Positions 10,606 through 24,205 of a stretch of DNA of 55,686 nt are shown piece after piece (positions within the stretch are counted from its first letter, which is position 1; every line of letters begins with the position of its first letter). This DNA comes from Prorocentrum cordatum (taxonomy: Eukaryota): positions 62,001 through 117,686 of the forward strand of contig CAUYUJ010000142.1 in the NCBI GenBank assembly GCA_963575745.1, given 5' to 3'. The translations under genes were made by a program, and so were the position numbers. The notes beneath the pieces were generated by a model, which saw only the letters and a program-made list of their open reading frames with translations, searched no databases and was not told where the DNA came from.

Positions 10606-12100
10606 TCACACCCTCCTGTTGACTTCCGTCTCGATATCAGCCTTCGTCTTAGTAAACGCAGGTATGAGTTGATGCAACCTGTCGACAGTCTCACTCGACA
10701 CCTCCCATGTCGCCCGCGTCGCGGTAAACTCGGCCAGAAGCATTGGCCTCGGAGCGGCCGTCGTGGGCACTGTCCATATAGTCGATTTGGGCGGCCCCAT
10801 TTCCCCTCGCACAGCAATAACCTCGATACCAATCTGTGTACACATGCTCCGAATAGTGCCGCAGAATCTCCCCACCGCCGGAACGTGGCCCCTCTTCCAC
10901 TCTGGGCACTCGACACTGACTTTGATCGACTCAGGGTTGACAACCTGCTTCATATTCTCAATGAGGCACTGTGGTGCAGCGATCTGGATTCCTGGAGGAG
11001 GCGCGGGGCGTTTAGCAGGGGGTACCGTCACAAGGTCGATGCACCGTTTGACCCTCCAAATAATATCCCTGTCGGTCCCTGGCTTGAATTTGATTTTGGC
11101 CGATCCGAACATGTAACGGCCAGCGTTAATGCGCTCAGTACCGTCAACACACACGTGCACACGATCATCCTCCGAAAGACAATGATTTGTAATGTTATCT
11201 ATGAGCACCTTCACATCCTCCCACATGGGCATCTCCTGAGACCTCCTATCCCTGTCACTCCAGTTGGTGACCCATCCCTTGAGTTCGACATACGTTGGAG
11301 AGAAGTAGGTGGTTCCAGGAGCCTGGTATCTTCCCGTCCTGGTATTATCAGGCCTCGTCGAAGCGTCACTGGCAACTGAACCCGCACGAACCTGTCCCTG
11401 GAGTCCCTGGACGATCGTCTCGAGTCGATTATGTTTAGTCTCAAGCCCCTGAACGCTCGTCTCCAGATTAGAAATCGTAACACCCTGCTTCTGGACCTGG
11501 GCCTGAACGTTGTCGATTGTGGCCCCCTGAACTCCTATGGCATCCTGGATCCTTTCAGTGTTATCATCCATCTTGTGCATCATCTGCAATAGTAAACTCT
11601 GCATACCATCCTTCCCCTCCAAGGCGGCCTTCCTTTCAGCAAGAACCTCCTCACGATTACGCTTCACAGGGGGGGCTCCGCCATCCACCGTCATGTTATC
11701 TGCATGCTCGGGCATTGTGTCAATACACTGAGGTCCGTATCCCCACGAGTGCAACCACTGTCGTGTCACCGTCCGTTCACAGAGAGGTACAACAGATTCA
11801 CTATCTGGAGTGGAGTCGGCAGTATTCAATCTTCCGTCCAATGGGTAGTCACCTGGGGTCTTCTCAATATCCTGAAGTTGTCTTTTACGAGAAGCTCTCT
11901 CGACAGCAGTATCTGGCTTCTGACCGTAATCCTGTGAGTACTGCAAATATGGCACTGTCGGTGATATATCCTCCAGCTGAAACCTTCTCGCGAGAACCGA
12001 AAAGTCGTATCCGTCCGTCTTCACACACGTACAACAAAAGACAACAAGCGCAGCAAACAAAGGAAGCAGCCTAGCTGACCTCGAAGATGCCGTACCCGTC
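10606..12100 (-). CDS. LINE ORF1 (coiled-coil, putative nucleic-acid chaperone); start uncertain (first ATG 11715, frame open upstream)
   Basis: Long ORF directly upstream of APE with a heptad region (VQAQVQKQGVTISNLETSVQGLETKHNRLETIVQGL). Homologous to 1-556. Confidence 0.8.
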
Positions 12101-12147
12101 GATGGCAGCGATGGCTGCCGCGCCGCCTCCCCGCGACGCCGACACCC

Positions 12148-12201
12148 CCTGAGCCCCAGTGGGATCCTGGAGCCCTGGAGCCGAGATGTCTTGAGCCGGA
12201 A
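12148..12201 (-). other. Relict spliced-leader-like motifs at the LINE 5' end
   Basis: The - strand reads TTCCGGCTCAAG, CATCTCGGCTCCAG, GGCTCCAG and TGGGGCTCAGG in succession. Confidence 0.5.
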
Positions 12202-13171
12202 GCCTCGTTCCCGCCCCCAAATTATGTTCGCTCTCTGGGTTTTGGACGCTACGAAGTTCCGTCGCGCTGGAGAGCTAGTTGGCAAGAAAAATCTCGACGG
12301 AAGTTTTGGTGACTTTTGGTCGGTTGAACATTTGGTTCTCGAAATTTGACCATTCGTTAGAGCTCTAGTATTTTTCCCCGTGATATTCGATCTTATTCTC
12401 GCTCGCCATCTTGATCTCAGCTCGATCGAGTGAATATTACTATCGAAAAGCACAGTGGCGGGATCGGCCGTTTCGAGTCATCTTCATACGGGCTGACGGT
12501 TTTCTGAACATAACTCGAGCTTTAGTACAGCTAACAGAGCGCGTAAGCACAGCTAATTAATGTAGAATGATTAGGCGCGTTCGCCTGTCGAATCTAGGTC
12601 TCAACTCGGTCCGTTACCCGAGCTAGGTCCGCAAACCTATTCGTATTATTCGAGTGATCTTGGCAGGAACTCTCGGCATTCTGTACTTAACTCGAGCTGT
12701 AGAACAGCTACAGAGCTGATATCCACAGAAACTAATTGAGAATCATCTGTTACGTTTGTCTGTCGAATCCAGAGCTCTAAACTCGGTCTGCTGCCCGATC
12801 TAGAATGGCGAAATTATTCGTATTGGTCGAGTCATCTTGAGAAGTGCTCTCGGTTTTCTTCACTCAACTCGCGCTGGGGGCTACAGTGCTTCCGGATACA
12901 GAAACTGATTTGAACACATCATGCGCATCTGTCTGTCGAACCCAGAGCTCCGAACTCGGCCTGCTGCTCGAACTAGGTCCGCGAAACTATTCTATTATTT
13001 GAGTCATCCTGAGAGGTGCTGTCAGTTTTCTGCACGTAACTTCGGCTGTAGGGGGGCTGCAGGGCTGGTAATGACAGGAGTTGATCTGCAGACGCGTCTG
13101 CCTGTCGCATTCAGAGGTCAAAACATATTCACTATGAGTCAAAATGTTGGTAGGTGCTGTCAGTTTTCTCA

Positions 13172-13571
13172 ATGGGAACCGGCGGTAAACCGTCAACCAG
13201 GTTACCGCCGGGGCCCTCGTAGAGCTCTTTTCTGACACTGCGCTCCTCGGTAAACATGAAGAGAGCGTCTAAAGCAAGAGTTGAGAAACTCGAAAAATCG
13301 AGTTTTTCTGTTTTTATCGAACGTCGGTTCCTCCAAGTGTTTCGATATAATAATGCAGCTACGGACCTGAAAATTTTACTGGCAAACGCGCCTTAACCTA
13401 CTACAGGTGCGAAAAATCTGTTTTCTCAAGATAAATGATCAAATATCTTTCAAATATTCGCAAAAAAACCCAAAAGTTATCACTTTGTCCGTTCTGGCCG
13501 GGTCGCCCAACTAGCTCCACCCTGCGCCGGAATTCCTCTAGCTCATCGATGCCGAAGAGCTCTACGAGGTA
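13172..13571 (-). mobile_element. Complete 400-bp non-autonomous HLE2 (short subfamily)
   Basis: The left end has the hairpin followed by CCTCGTAGAGCTCTT. The right end is AAGAGCTCTACGAGGTA (15-bp asymmetric inverted repeat). Confidence 0.8.
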
Positions 13572-15062
13572 CTGGGCGCCGGCGGTAAACCGTCAACCTT
13601 TGTTACCGCCGGGGGACTCGTAGAGCTTTCTGACAGTATATAGTGCGGAAAAATCAAAAGAATTTCAGCCCGAGCCAGACCTCTCAAGATGACTCTGGCA
13701 CAAAAAAAAAAAAAACAGTTTGGAACCCAGCTCGAGTGTCAAACCGAGTTCAGACTTCTAAATGCGACAGGCGGACGCGTCTGATGTCTGTGAATCGACT
13801 CCTGTGATAACCAGCCCTGCAGCCCCACTACAGCCCGAGTGAAGTGCAGAAACCGAGAGCAGCTCTCAGGATGACTCGAACAACACAGTTTCGCAGACCT
13901 AATTCGGGCAGCAGACCGAGTTCCGAGCTCTGGATTCGACAGACGGACGCGCCTGATGTCTCCAAATCGATATCTGTGACCAGCAGCATTGTAGCCCTAC
14001 CCCAGCACGAGTTAAGTGCAGAAAACCAAGAGCACTTCTCAAGATGACTCGAACAGTACGAATAGCTTCGCAGACCTAGCTCGGGCAGCAGGCCGAGTTC
14101 AGAGCTCTCGATTGAACAGACGAACGCGCCTGATGATTCCCAATGGATTTCTGTGACTACAGCTCGAGTTAAGTACGAAAAACCGAGAGCGTCTGCTATG
14201 ATGACTCAAATAATACGAATAGGTTACGAATAGGTTTGCGGAGCTAGCTCGGCTAGCAGACCGAGTTCAGACCTCTGGATTCAACAGGCGAACGCGCCTA
14301 ATCATTCTGAATCGATTAGCTGTGCTTACCAGATCTGTATCTGTCCTGAAGCTCGAGTTATCTTGAAAAAACCGACAGCGCGTATCAAGATGTCGAAACA
14401 GCCGATTCCGCCGGAGTGCTTTTTGGCAGTAAAAGGTACCCGATCGAGCTCAGATTAAGATGGCGAGCGGGAATAAAGATCGAATATCACGGGAAAAAAT
14501 ATTAGAGCTGAAACGAACTGGCGCCGGCGGTGAACCGTCAACCTGGTCACCGCCGGGAACCTCGTAGAGCTCCTCTCACTGGTAAGAGTGCAGAGAATCG
14601 ACACAGAATCAAAAAAAATAGATTTTTCGGAAATCTTCAAATTCGATTTTTTTCAATGTTCATATTCGCTCGGTTCCTGGAAGTGAACTCATGCGAAAAT
14701 GCATCGAGAGAGCTGAGCTGCTGTCAGAGAGGAGTTTATATGCCAATGCTCGGCGTAAAAATCTGCTTTCTCAAAATAAATGGTCAAATATATTTCAAAT
14801 TTTCGCAAAACCACCCAAAAGTTATCACATTGTCCGCCTCGGCCGGCTGGGCCAACTAGCTCCACCCCGCGCCGGAATTCCTGTAGCTCATCGATGCCGA
14901 AGAGCTCTACGAGGTATTGTTGAATTTCGAGAACAAAATTTTCAACTGACCAAAAGTCACCAAAAGGTCCGTCGAGATTCTTCTTGCCAACTAGCTCTCC
15001 AGCGCCCCGGAATTACTCTCAAGCTCCCAGCAATAACTTGCCAAGGGAAGCTCTACGAGTTA
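13572..15062 (-). mobile_element. Complete ~1.09-kb non-autonomous HLE2 (long subfamily) carrying a nested 399-bp copy
   Basis: Left subterminal ACTCGTAGAGCTT pairs with right-end AAGCTCTACGAGT(TA). About four 176-bp units lie inside. Confidence 0.78.
14518..14916 (-). mobile_element. Complete 399-bp non-autonomous HLE2 inserted without TSD
   Basis: Flanks aaacgaa | ttgttgaattt rejoin to the empty site seen at about 3896, 5467 and 17662. 14-bp ATIR ACCTCGTAGAGCTC. Confidence 0.88.
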
Positions 15063-15700
15063 CTGGGATCCGGCGGTAAACCGTCATCCAGGTAACCGCC
15101 GGGAGCCTCGTGGAGCTCTATTCTGGCGCGGCGCTGCTCGGAGCACACGAAAGAAGCTTTCTCAAGCGTGAAGAAGAAATATCGGAAAATATGTTGTTTT
15201 TTGTTGTTTAATTTCCATCTTCGCTTCGTGGACCTAGCTGCCAGACCAAGTTCGGACCTCTCGATGCGAGAAAAATCGCGCCGGATGAATCTGGGTCGGT
15301 ATATATGCGTGCCAGCTCTGTAGCTCTTCTAAATCTTCAGTTAAGGGAAACCGACAACACTCGTCAAAATGATCGTATATTACAAATAGTTTTGCGGGCC
15401 TAGCTCGAGCAGCAGATCGAGATCAGTCCACTCGATGGGACAGACGAACGCGCCTAATGATTCTGAATCGGGTTCTGTACGCATCAGCTCTGTAGCTGTC
15501 CTGAATATCGAGTTAAAGACAGAAAACCGTCAACGCGTGTCAAGATGACTCGAAACGGCCGACGGTTCCCTCAAGTCTTTTGATAATAATATAACAGCTA
15601 CAGCCCTCGAAATTTAACTGGCAGACGCGGCGTAACCCGGTACAGGTGGGAAAAGTACCTGTTTGTAAAACGAATTTTCAAATTTTGCACTAAGATAGAA

Positions 15701-16765
15701 CTGGGAGCCGGCGGTAAACCGTCAACCAGGTTACCACCGGGAGCCTCGTAGAGCTTTTTGCTGCCCAGTACACATCAAGGGAGTTTTCTTCAAGATTTCT
15801 GTTCGGAAGAGCTCTCAAGCTCATCTGTAGCTCGAGTTAAGTGAAAAGACACACCATCATCTCCAAAAAAATGGGCCCCATACAAATAGTTTTGCAGACC
15901 CAGCTCGGGTAGAAGACTCTGCTCAGAATTCTGGATGATTCAGCCGAACGCCCCTGATGATTAGGGATCGGTTCCGGTGCGTACCAGCTCTGCAACTCTG
16001 CAGATTCAGTTAAGAACAGAAGACCGACAGTGTCTGCGAAGAGAACTTCAAGAATAATACGAATAGTTTTGCGCACCTACCTCGGGTAGCAGATCGAGTT
16101 CAGACCGCGCGATGCGACAGACGCACGCGCCTAATGACATACATTCCTCTTATGTGCATACCAGCTCTGTAGCTATTATCAATCGTAAGTTCAGTGCAGA
16201 AAACCAGCAGCACTCGTAAAAATCACTCGAAGAATACGAATAGGTTTGCGGAGCTAGCTCGAGCAGCAGACCGAGTTCAGAGTTCTAGATGGGACAGACT
16301 AACGCGCCTCATGATTTCCAATCGGTTTCTGTAAGTGTCAGCTCTGTTGCTGCCCTGAATCTCGAGATAAGCACAGAAAACCGTCGATGTGTGTCAAGAT
16401 GACTCGACACGGCCGTCGATTCCAGCAAGTCCTTTCATAGTAATAATGCAGCTACAGAGCTAAGAATTTTACCGGCGGACGCGGCGTAACCTGCTGCACG
16501 CGATAAAAATACCTGTTCTCAAAACAAATTTTCAAATTTTGCAGAAAGATTGAAAACCGACCCAAAGTTAACACATTCTCTCTTAATGCCGGGCCAACGA
16601 ACTCCACTCTGCGCCCGAATTCCTCTTAGCTCATCTTGCCGAAGAGCTCCACGAGGTATAACCGACCCCAAGTCGTCACATTGTCTCTTAAGGTCGGGTC
16701 GGCCAACTAGTTCCATCTGCGCCCGAATTCTCTTAACTCATCTTGCCGAAGAGCTCTACGAGGTA
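15701..16765 (-). mobile_element. Non-autonomous HLE2-like copy with duplicated 5' region
   Basis: Hairpin terminus at 15701. 5' ATIR termini at about 16658 and 16765. Confidence 0.65.
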
Positions 16766-17767
16766 CTGGGCGCCGGCGGTAAACCGTCAACCTTGGTTAC
16801 CGCCGGGAGACTCGTAGAGCTTCCTAGCTCGACTTAAGTTGAGAAAACCGACAGCACCTACCAACATTCCGACTCATAGTGAATAGTTTTTGACCTCTCA
16901 ATGCGACAGGCGGACGCGTCTGATGTCTGCGAATCGACTACTGTCATTACCAGCCCTCCAGCCCCCCTACAGCCCGAGTTAAGTGCAGAAAACCGACAGC
17001 ACCTCTCAGGATCAATCGAACAATACGAATAGTTTCGCGGACCTAGTTCGGGCAGCAGACAGAGTTCAGAGCTCTGGATTCGACAGGCGAACGCGCCTGA
17101 TGTCTTAAAATCAGTTCCTGGGACCATTAGCACTGTAGCCCCCCCTCAGCGCGAGTTGAGTGAAGAAAACCGAGATCACTTCTCAAAATGACTCGACTAA
17201 TCCGAATAGTTTCGCGATTCTAGATCGGGCAGCAGACCGAGCTCAGAGCTCTGGATTCGACAGACAAACGTAACTGATGATTCTGAATCGGTGTCTGTAA
17301 ATATTAGCTCTGTAGCTGTCCTACAGCTCGAGTTAAGTACAGAAAACCGAGAGTTTCTGTCAAGATGACTCGACTAATACGAATAGGTTTGCAGACCTAG
17401 CTCGGCTAACAGACCGAGTTCAGATCTCTGGATTCAACAGGCGAGCGCGCCTCATTCTACATCGATTAGCTGTGCTTAACAGCTCTGTAGCTGTCCTAAA
17501 GCTCGAGTTATGTTGGAAAAACCGTCAGCGCGTATTCAGATGACTCAAAACGGCCGATCCCGCCAGAGTGCTTTTCGATAGTAATATTCACCCGATCGAG
17601 CTGAGATCAAGATGGCGAGCGGGAATAAGATCGAATATCACGGGAAAAAATACTAGAGCTCAAACGAATTGTTGAATTCCGAGAACAAAATTTTCAAACG
17701 ACCAAAAGTCACCAAAAGTTCCGTCGAGATTTGTCTTGCCAACTAGCTCTCCAGCGCGCTGGAATTA

Positions 17768-17825
17768 CTGGCGCCGGCGGTAAACCGTCAACCTGGTTAC
17801 CGCCGGGGACCTCGTAGAGCTCCTC
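17768..17825 (-). other. HLE2 3' terminus (ATIR + hairpin + CCAG) of the putative autonomous element
   Basis: ctggcgCCGGCGGTAAaccgtcaacctggTTACCGCCGGggACCTCGTAGAGCTC; four differences over ~60 nt from the terminus at 14518. Unrelated sequence follows. Confidence 0.75.
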
Positions 17826-17969
17826 GCACCCTCGAGAGTGCTCGGAAAAAAAAAGCAGAGAGCTTCAGATCTGATCTTCTTAGACATTTCAAACAAGGTA
17901 TTTCCCATGTCCCCATCCGACCCTGAAAGTGTTCGGCGCGAGGTCGAGAAACCGAGTAGCGAAGATGCA

Positions 17970-18576
17970 TTCACACATACAAGCACACGCACACACGAGC
18001 ACAAACGAGCACACACACACACACACAGACACGCAACACACCTAAAAACACAGACATACAGAGAAACATGAAACCACGCGTAGGACAGCATGCGAACACA
18101 CACACATACACACTCGCGCACACACAGACACGCACGCACGCACGCGTTCACACATAATCATATATAATATATATACATACATACATACATACATACATAC
18201 ATACATACATACATACACACAGGCGCACACACCCCTACACACGAGCCGCCCACGCGCGCCTCGCCCCCCGCCCTCTCCGCCGGCGCTCCGGAGGGGGGAG
18301 GCGCTGCGCCATTCCGGGGCCGGCCCTCCCCCCACTCCACCCACTCCGCCCCCGCGGTGCGCCCGAGGCAGGGGAGAGAGAGAAAAGGGGGGGGGCGCGC
18401 GGACCACGGCGCCACCGAGGGCGCGAGCGCGCAGACGCACGCGCACGCACGCACACAGAATCACACGAGCACAGACACAAACACACATCCACACGCGCGC
18501 GCACACTCATCCACGCGCGCCCATTCATGCGCGCACCCCACACGCACGCCCATACCCACACACACACACACAGACG

Positions 18577-18616
<40 letters not shown>

Positions 18617-18711
18617 TACCAGACACACGCGCACCCACTCATACAAACAGAAACACACGCAAACGGAAAAGCACACACACACACACACGCACGAACACAC
18701 AGGCACACGCG

Positions 18712-18746
<35 letters not shown>

Positions 18747-19127
18747 CAGACACACACACACGCACCAGGCACACGAACGCAATCGCGAACACCCACAGAA
18801 AACACGCACTGAGAACAGAGACAGTCACACAAGCAAACGCACACACACACACACACACGCACAAACGAACGCACTTACAACCACACCCACGTCACACGAA
18901 CGAACACTTACAAACACACGCACGAACCCCCCCCCCGACCCCCTCCCGGCGCTCCGGAGGGGGGAGGCACCGCCCCATCTTGGGGCCGGCCCTCCCCCCA
19001 CTCAAACCACTCCGCCCTCGCGGGGCGCTGGAGGAAGGGGGAGGGGGAGCGCGGGGTTGCGAGCGCCGCGCGCGCACACACACACGCACTGACACACACA
19101 CGCACACACACACGCATACACACGCGC

Positions 19128-19188
<61 letters not shown>

Positions 19189-19219
19189 GACGGACAGACA
19201 GACAGACCGACAGACAGAC

Positions 19220-19292
<73 letters not shown>

Positions 19293-19317
19293 CACACACG
19301 CACAGACAGCCAGACAC

Positions 19318-19356
<39 letters not shown>

Positions 19357-22300
19357 CACAGACAGACAGACACACAGGCATACAGACACACAGACACACA
19401 GACACACAGACACACAGACACACGGACACACAGACACACAGGCAACCAGACACACAGACACACAGACACACAGACACACAGACACACAGACAGACAGACA
19501 CACAGACAGACAGACACACACACACAGACACACAAACACAGAGACCCACAGACACACAGACACACAGACACACAGACACGGACACACGGACACACAGACA
19601 ACACACACACAGACAGACAGACACACGGCCATACAGACACAAAAGACACACGGCCATACAGACACACAGACACAGGCACACAGACACACAGACACACAGA
19701 CACACAGACACAAAGACACACAGACACACAGACACACGGACACATAGACACACAGACACACAGACACACAGACACACAGAAACACAGACACGTAGACACA
19801 CAGACACACAGACATACAGACACACAAATACACAGACACACAGGCACACAGACACTCAAGCACACAGACACACAGAGCACCAGATTCACAGACACACAGA
19901 CACACAGACACACAGACACACGGACACACAGACACGCAGACACACAGACACGCAGACACGCAGACACACCAACACACAGACACGCAGACACAAGCACACA
20001 CAGACACGCAGGCACACAGGCACACAGGCACACAGACACACAGACACCCAGACAGACAGACACACAGACACACAGACAAACAAATACACAGACACACTGA
20101 CACACTGACACACTGACACACAGACGCACAAAAACACGGACACACAGACACACAGACACATAGACACACAGATACATAGACACACAGACACACTGACTGG
20201 CAGACAGAGCCCCCCCCACCCCCACCCACCACACCCCCTTCCGGCGCTCCGGAGGGGGGAGGCACCGCCCCATTTTGGGGCCGGCCCTCCCTCCACTCCA
20301 ACCACTCCGCCCTCGCGGAGCGCCCGAGAAAGGGGAAGGGCGGGGGGGGGCCAGCACGGGGCTGCCAGCGCCGCGCGCGCACGCACACACACACACACAC
20401 ACATACACACACACTGACACACACACACACACAAACACGCACGCATACACACACACACACACACGCAAATACACGCGCACAGACACACAGACAGACAGAC
20501 ACACACACAGACGCACAGAAAGACAACACAGACAGATCCACAGGCAGACAGACACACAGACACACAGACAGACGGACACGCAGACACACGGACACACAGA
20601 CACGCAGACACAAGGATACACAGACACACAGCCAACCAGTCACACAGACACACAGACATCCAGACACGCAGATACTCACACACACAAACACGCGGACACA
20701 CAAACACACAGCCATGCAGACACACAGACACGGACACACGGACACAAAAGACACACGGACATACAGACACACAAACCCAGACACACAGACACACAGACAC
20801 ACAGACACACAGACACACAAATGCACAGACACACAGACACACATACACACAGACACACGGACACACAGACACACAAACACACAGACACACAGGCACACAG
20901 ACACACGGACACACGGAACACAGACACCAACACACAGACACACAGACACACCAACACAAAAACACACAGACACACAGACACACAGACACACAGACACACA
21001 GACACACAGACACACAGACACACAGACACACAGACACACAGACACACGGACACGCGGCCACGCAGACACACAACCACACGGACACACACACGGACACACA
21101 GACACGCAAACACACAGACACACAGACACAGAAACAACCAGACACACAGATGCACAGACACACAGACACACAGACACACAGACACGCGGACACACTGACA
21201 GACTGACACCCAGGCACCAAGACACACAGACACACAGACACATAGACACACAGACACACTGACACACTGACACACTGACACACTGACACACAGAAACACA
21301 GACACACAGCCACACTGACACACGGACACACGGACACACAGACACACAGACACATAGGCCGCCAGACACACAGATACACAGACACAAAAACACACGGACA
21401 CAAAGACAGACAGACAAACACACACAGAGGAACAGGGACACACAGACACACAGACACACAGACACACAGAGAGACCCACAGACCCACAGACACACAGACG
21501 CACAGACAAGCGGACACTCAGACACACAGACACACAGACACACAGAAACACAGACACACAGAAAGACAGAAAGACAGAAACACAGCACACAGGCACACAG
21601 ACACACAGACACACAGACACACAGACACACAGACACACAGACACACAGACACACAGACACGCAGACACACAGACACACAGACATAAAGACACACAAATAC
21701 AAAGACACACAGACACACAGACACTCAAGCACACTGACACACAGATGCACAGACACACAGACACACAGACACTCAGACACACAGACACACAGAAACACAG
21801 ACACACAGACACACAGGCACACGCATACACGCACACAGACACACAGACACAAGGACACACCGACACGCAGGCACAAAGGCACACAGGCACACAGACACAC
21901 ACAGACAGACACACAGACACACACAAACGGATACACCGATACACTGACACACTGACACACAGACACACAGACGCAAAAAAAGAAACAGACACACAGACAC
22001 ACAGACACACAGACACACAGACACACAGAAATAGGGACACCCAGACACACAGACACACAGACACACAGACACACAGAGACACAGACACATTGACACACTG
22101 ACACACTGACACACAGAAACAAAGACACGCAGACACACAGAGACACAAACACACAGACACACAGACTCACAGACACACAGACACACAGACAAGGCAACAC
22201 AAACACACAGACACACAGGAAGACACGCAGACAGAAACACAGGCACACATACAAACAGACACACAGACACACTGACTCACAGACATACAGACACACAGAC

Positions 22301-24170
22301 ACACAGACACACAGACACACAGACACACATACAGACAGACAGACAGACAGACAGACATAGACACACGGACACAAAGACCCACAGATACACAAGCACACAA
22401 ACACACAGACACACGGACACACGGACACACGGACAAGCTCTCACACAGACAAACAGACATACGGCCATACAGACACAAAAGACACACGGACACACAGACA
22501 CACAGGCACACAGACACAGACACACAGGCACACAGACACACAGACACACAGACACACAGAGACACAGACACACAGACACACAGACACACAGACACACGGA
22601 CACATAGACACACAGACACACAGACACACAGACAAACAGACACACAGAAACACAGACACGGAGACACACAGACACACAGCCATACAGACACACAAATACA
22701 CAGACACACAGACACACAAACACTCAAGCACACAGACACACAGACACTCAAGCACACAGACACACAGAAACACAGACACATAGACACACGGACACACAGA
22801 CACGCAGACACACAGACACGCGGCTACGAAGGACACACAGACACGCAAGCACAAAGGCACACAGGCACACAGACACACAAACACCCAGACAGACAGACAC
22901 ACAGACACACAGACAAACAGATAAACAGACACACTGACACACTGACACACAGACACACAGACGCACAAAAACACAGACACACAGACACACAGACACACAG
23001 ACACACAGACAAACAGATACACAGACACACTGACACACTGACACACAGACACACAGACGCACAAAAACACAGACACACAGATACACAGACACACAGACAC
23101 ACAGACAGGCAGACAGAGCCCCCCCACCAACCACACCCCCTTCCAGCGCTCCGGAGGGGGGAGGCGCCGCCCCATTTTGGGGCCGGCCCTCCCTCCACTC
23201 CAACCACTCCGCCCTCGCGGAGCGCCCAGAAGGGGGGGGGGGGGGGCGGCAGCGCGGGGCTGCCAGCGCCGCGCGCGCACACACTCACACACTGACACGC
23301 ACACACGCACGCGCACACACACACACACGCAAATTCACGCGCACAAACAGACAGACAGACACACACACACACAGACGCACAGAAAGACAGACACACAGAC
23401 AGATCCACAAACAGAGAGACACACAGACACGCAGACACACACACACACAAAGACACGCAGACACAAGGATACACAGACACAGAGACAACCAGTCAGACAG
23501 ACACACAGAGACCCAGACACGCAGACACTCAGACACACAGACACACGAACACACAAACACACAGACATAGAAACACACAGACACGAGCACACGGACACAA
23601 GGACACAAAAGACACGGGCATACAGACACACAAACAAACAGACACAGAGACACACAGACACACAGACACACAGGCACACAGACACAAAGACACACAGACA
23701 CACATACACACAGACACGCGAACTCACAGACACACAGAAACACGGACACACAAACACACAGACACTCAGACACACAGACACACGGACACACGAACACACA
23801 GACACCTACACACAGACACACAGACACACCAACATAAAAACACACAGGACACACAGATTTTCAGACACACAGACACACAAAGACACATACACACAGACAC
23901 ACAGACACATGGTTACACGGACACGCTGACACACAGACACACAGACACACACACACGGACCCACAGACACGCAGACACACAGACACAGAGACATACAGAC
24001 ACACAAATACAAGGATAAACAGACACCAAGACACACAGACACATAGACACATAGACACACAGACACACTCGCACTCTGACACAGTGACACACTGACAAAC
24101 AGAAACACAGACACACAGACACACTGACACACGGACACACAGACACACAGGCAATCATACATACAGACAC

Positions 24171-24205
<35 letters not shown>

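Larger units (their letters stand above)
6443..12205 (-). mobile_element. Non-LTR retrotransposon (LINE): ORF1 + APE-RT-RNase H, degenerate
   Basis: Domain order ORF1, APE, RT, RNase H. About 190-nt 3' UTR ending in short oligo(A). SL-like relics at the 5' end. No TSD found. Confidence 0.93.
12255..17767. mobile_element. Nest of non-autonomous HLE2-like elements, right block, with ~176-bp internal repeats
   Basis: 3' hairpin termini at 13172, 13572, 14518, 15063, 15701 and 16766. 5' termini at 13571, 14916, 15062 and 16765. 12255-13170 is an oppositely oriented partial copy. Confidence 0.78.

Noticed and set aside
12100..12453. Extension of ORF1 to 12453 as given in the ORF track
   Set aside because: The portion beyond ~12250 is flanking HLE2 repeat sequence that is open by chance.
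1850..17760. Short ORFs in the 176-bp repeat blocks, or a tRNA/rRNA origin for the repeat
   Set aside because: The ORFs are not conserved between copies, and no cloverleaf or rRNA motif was recognised.
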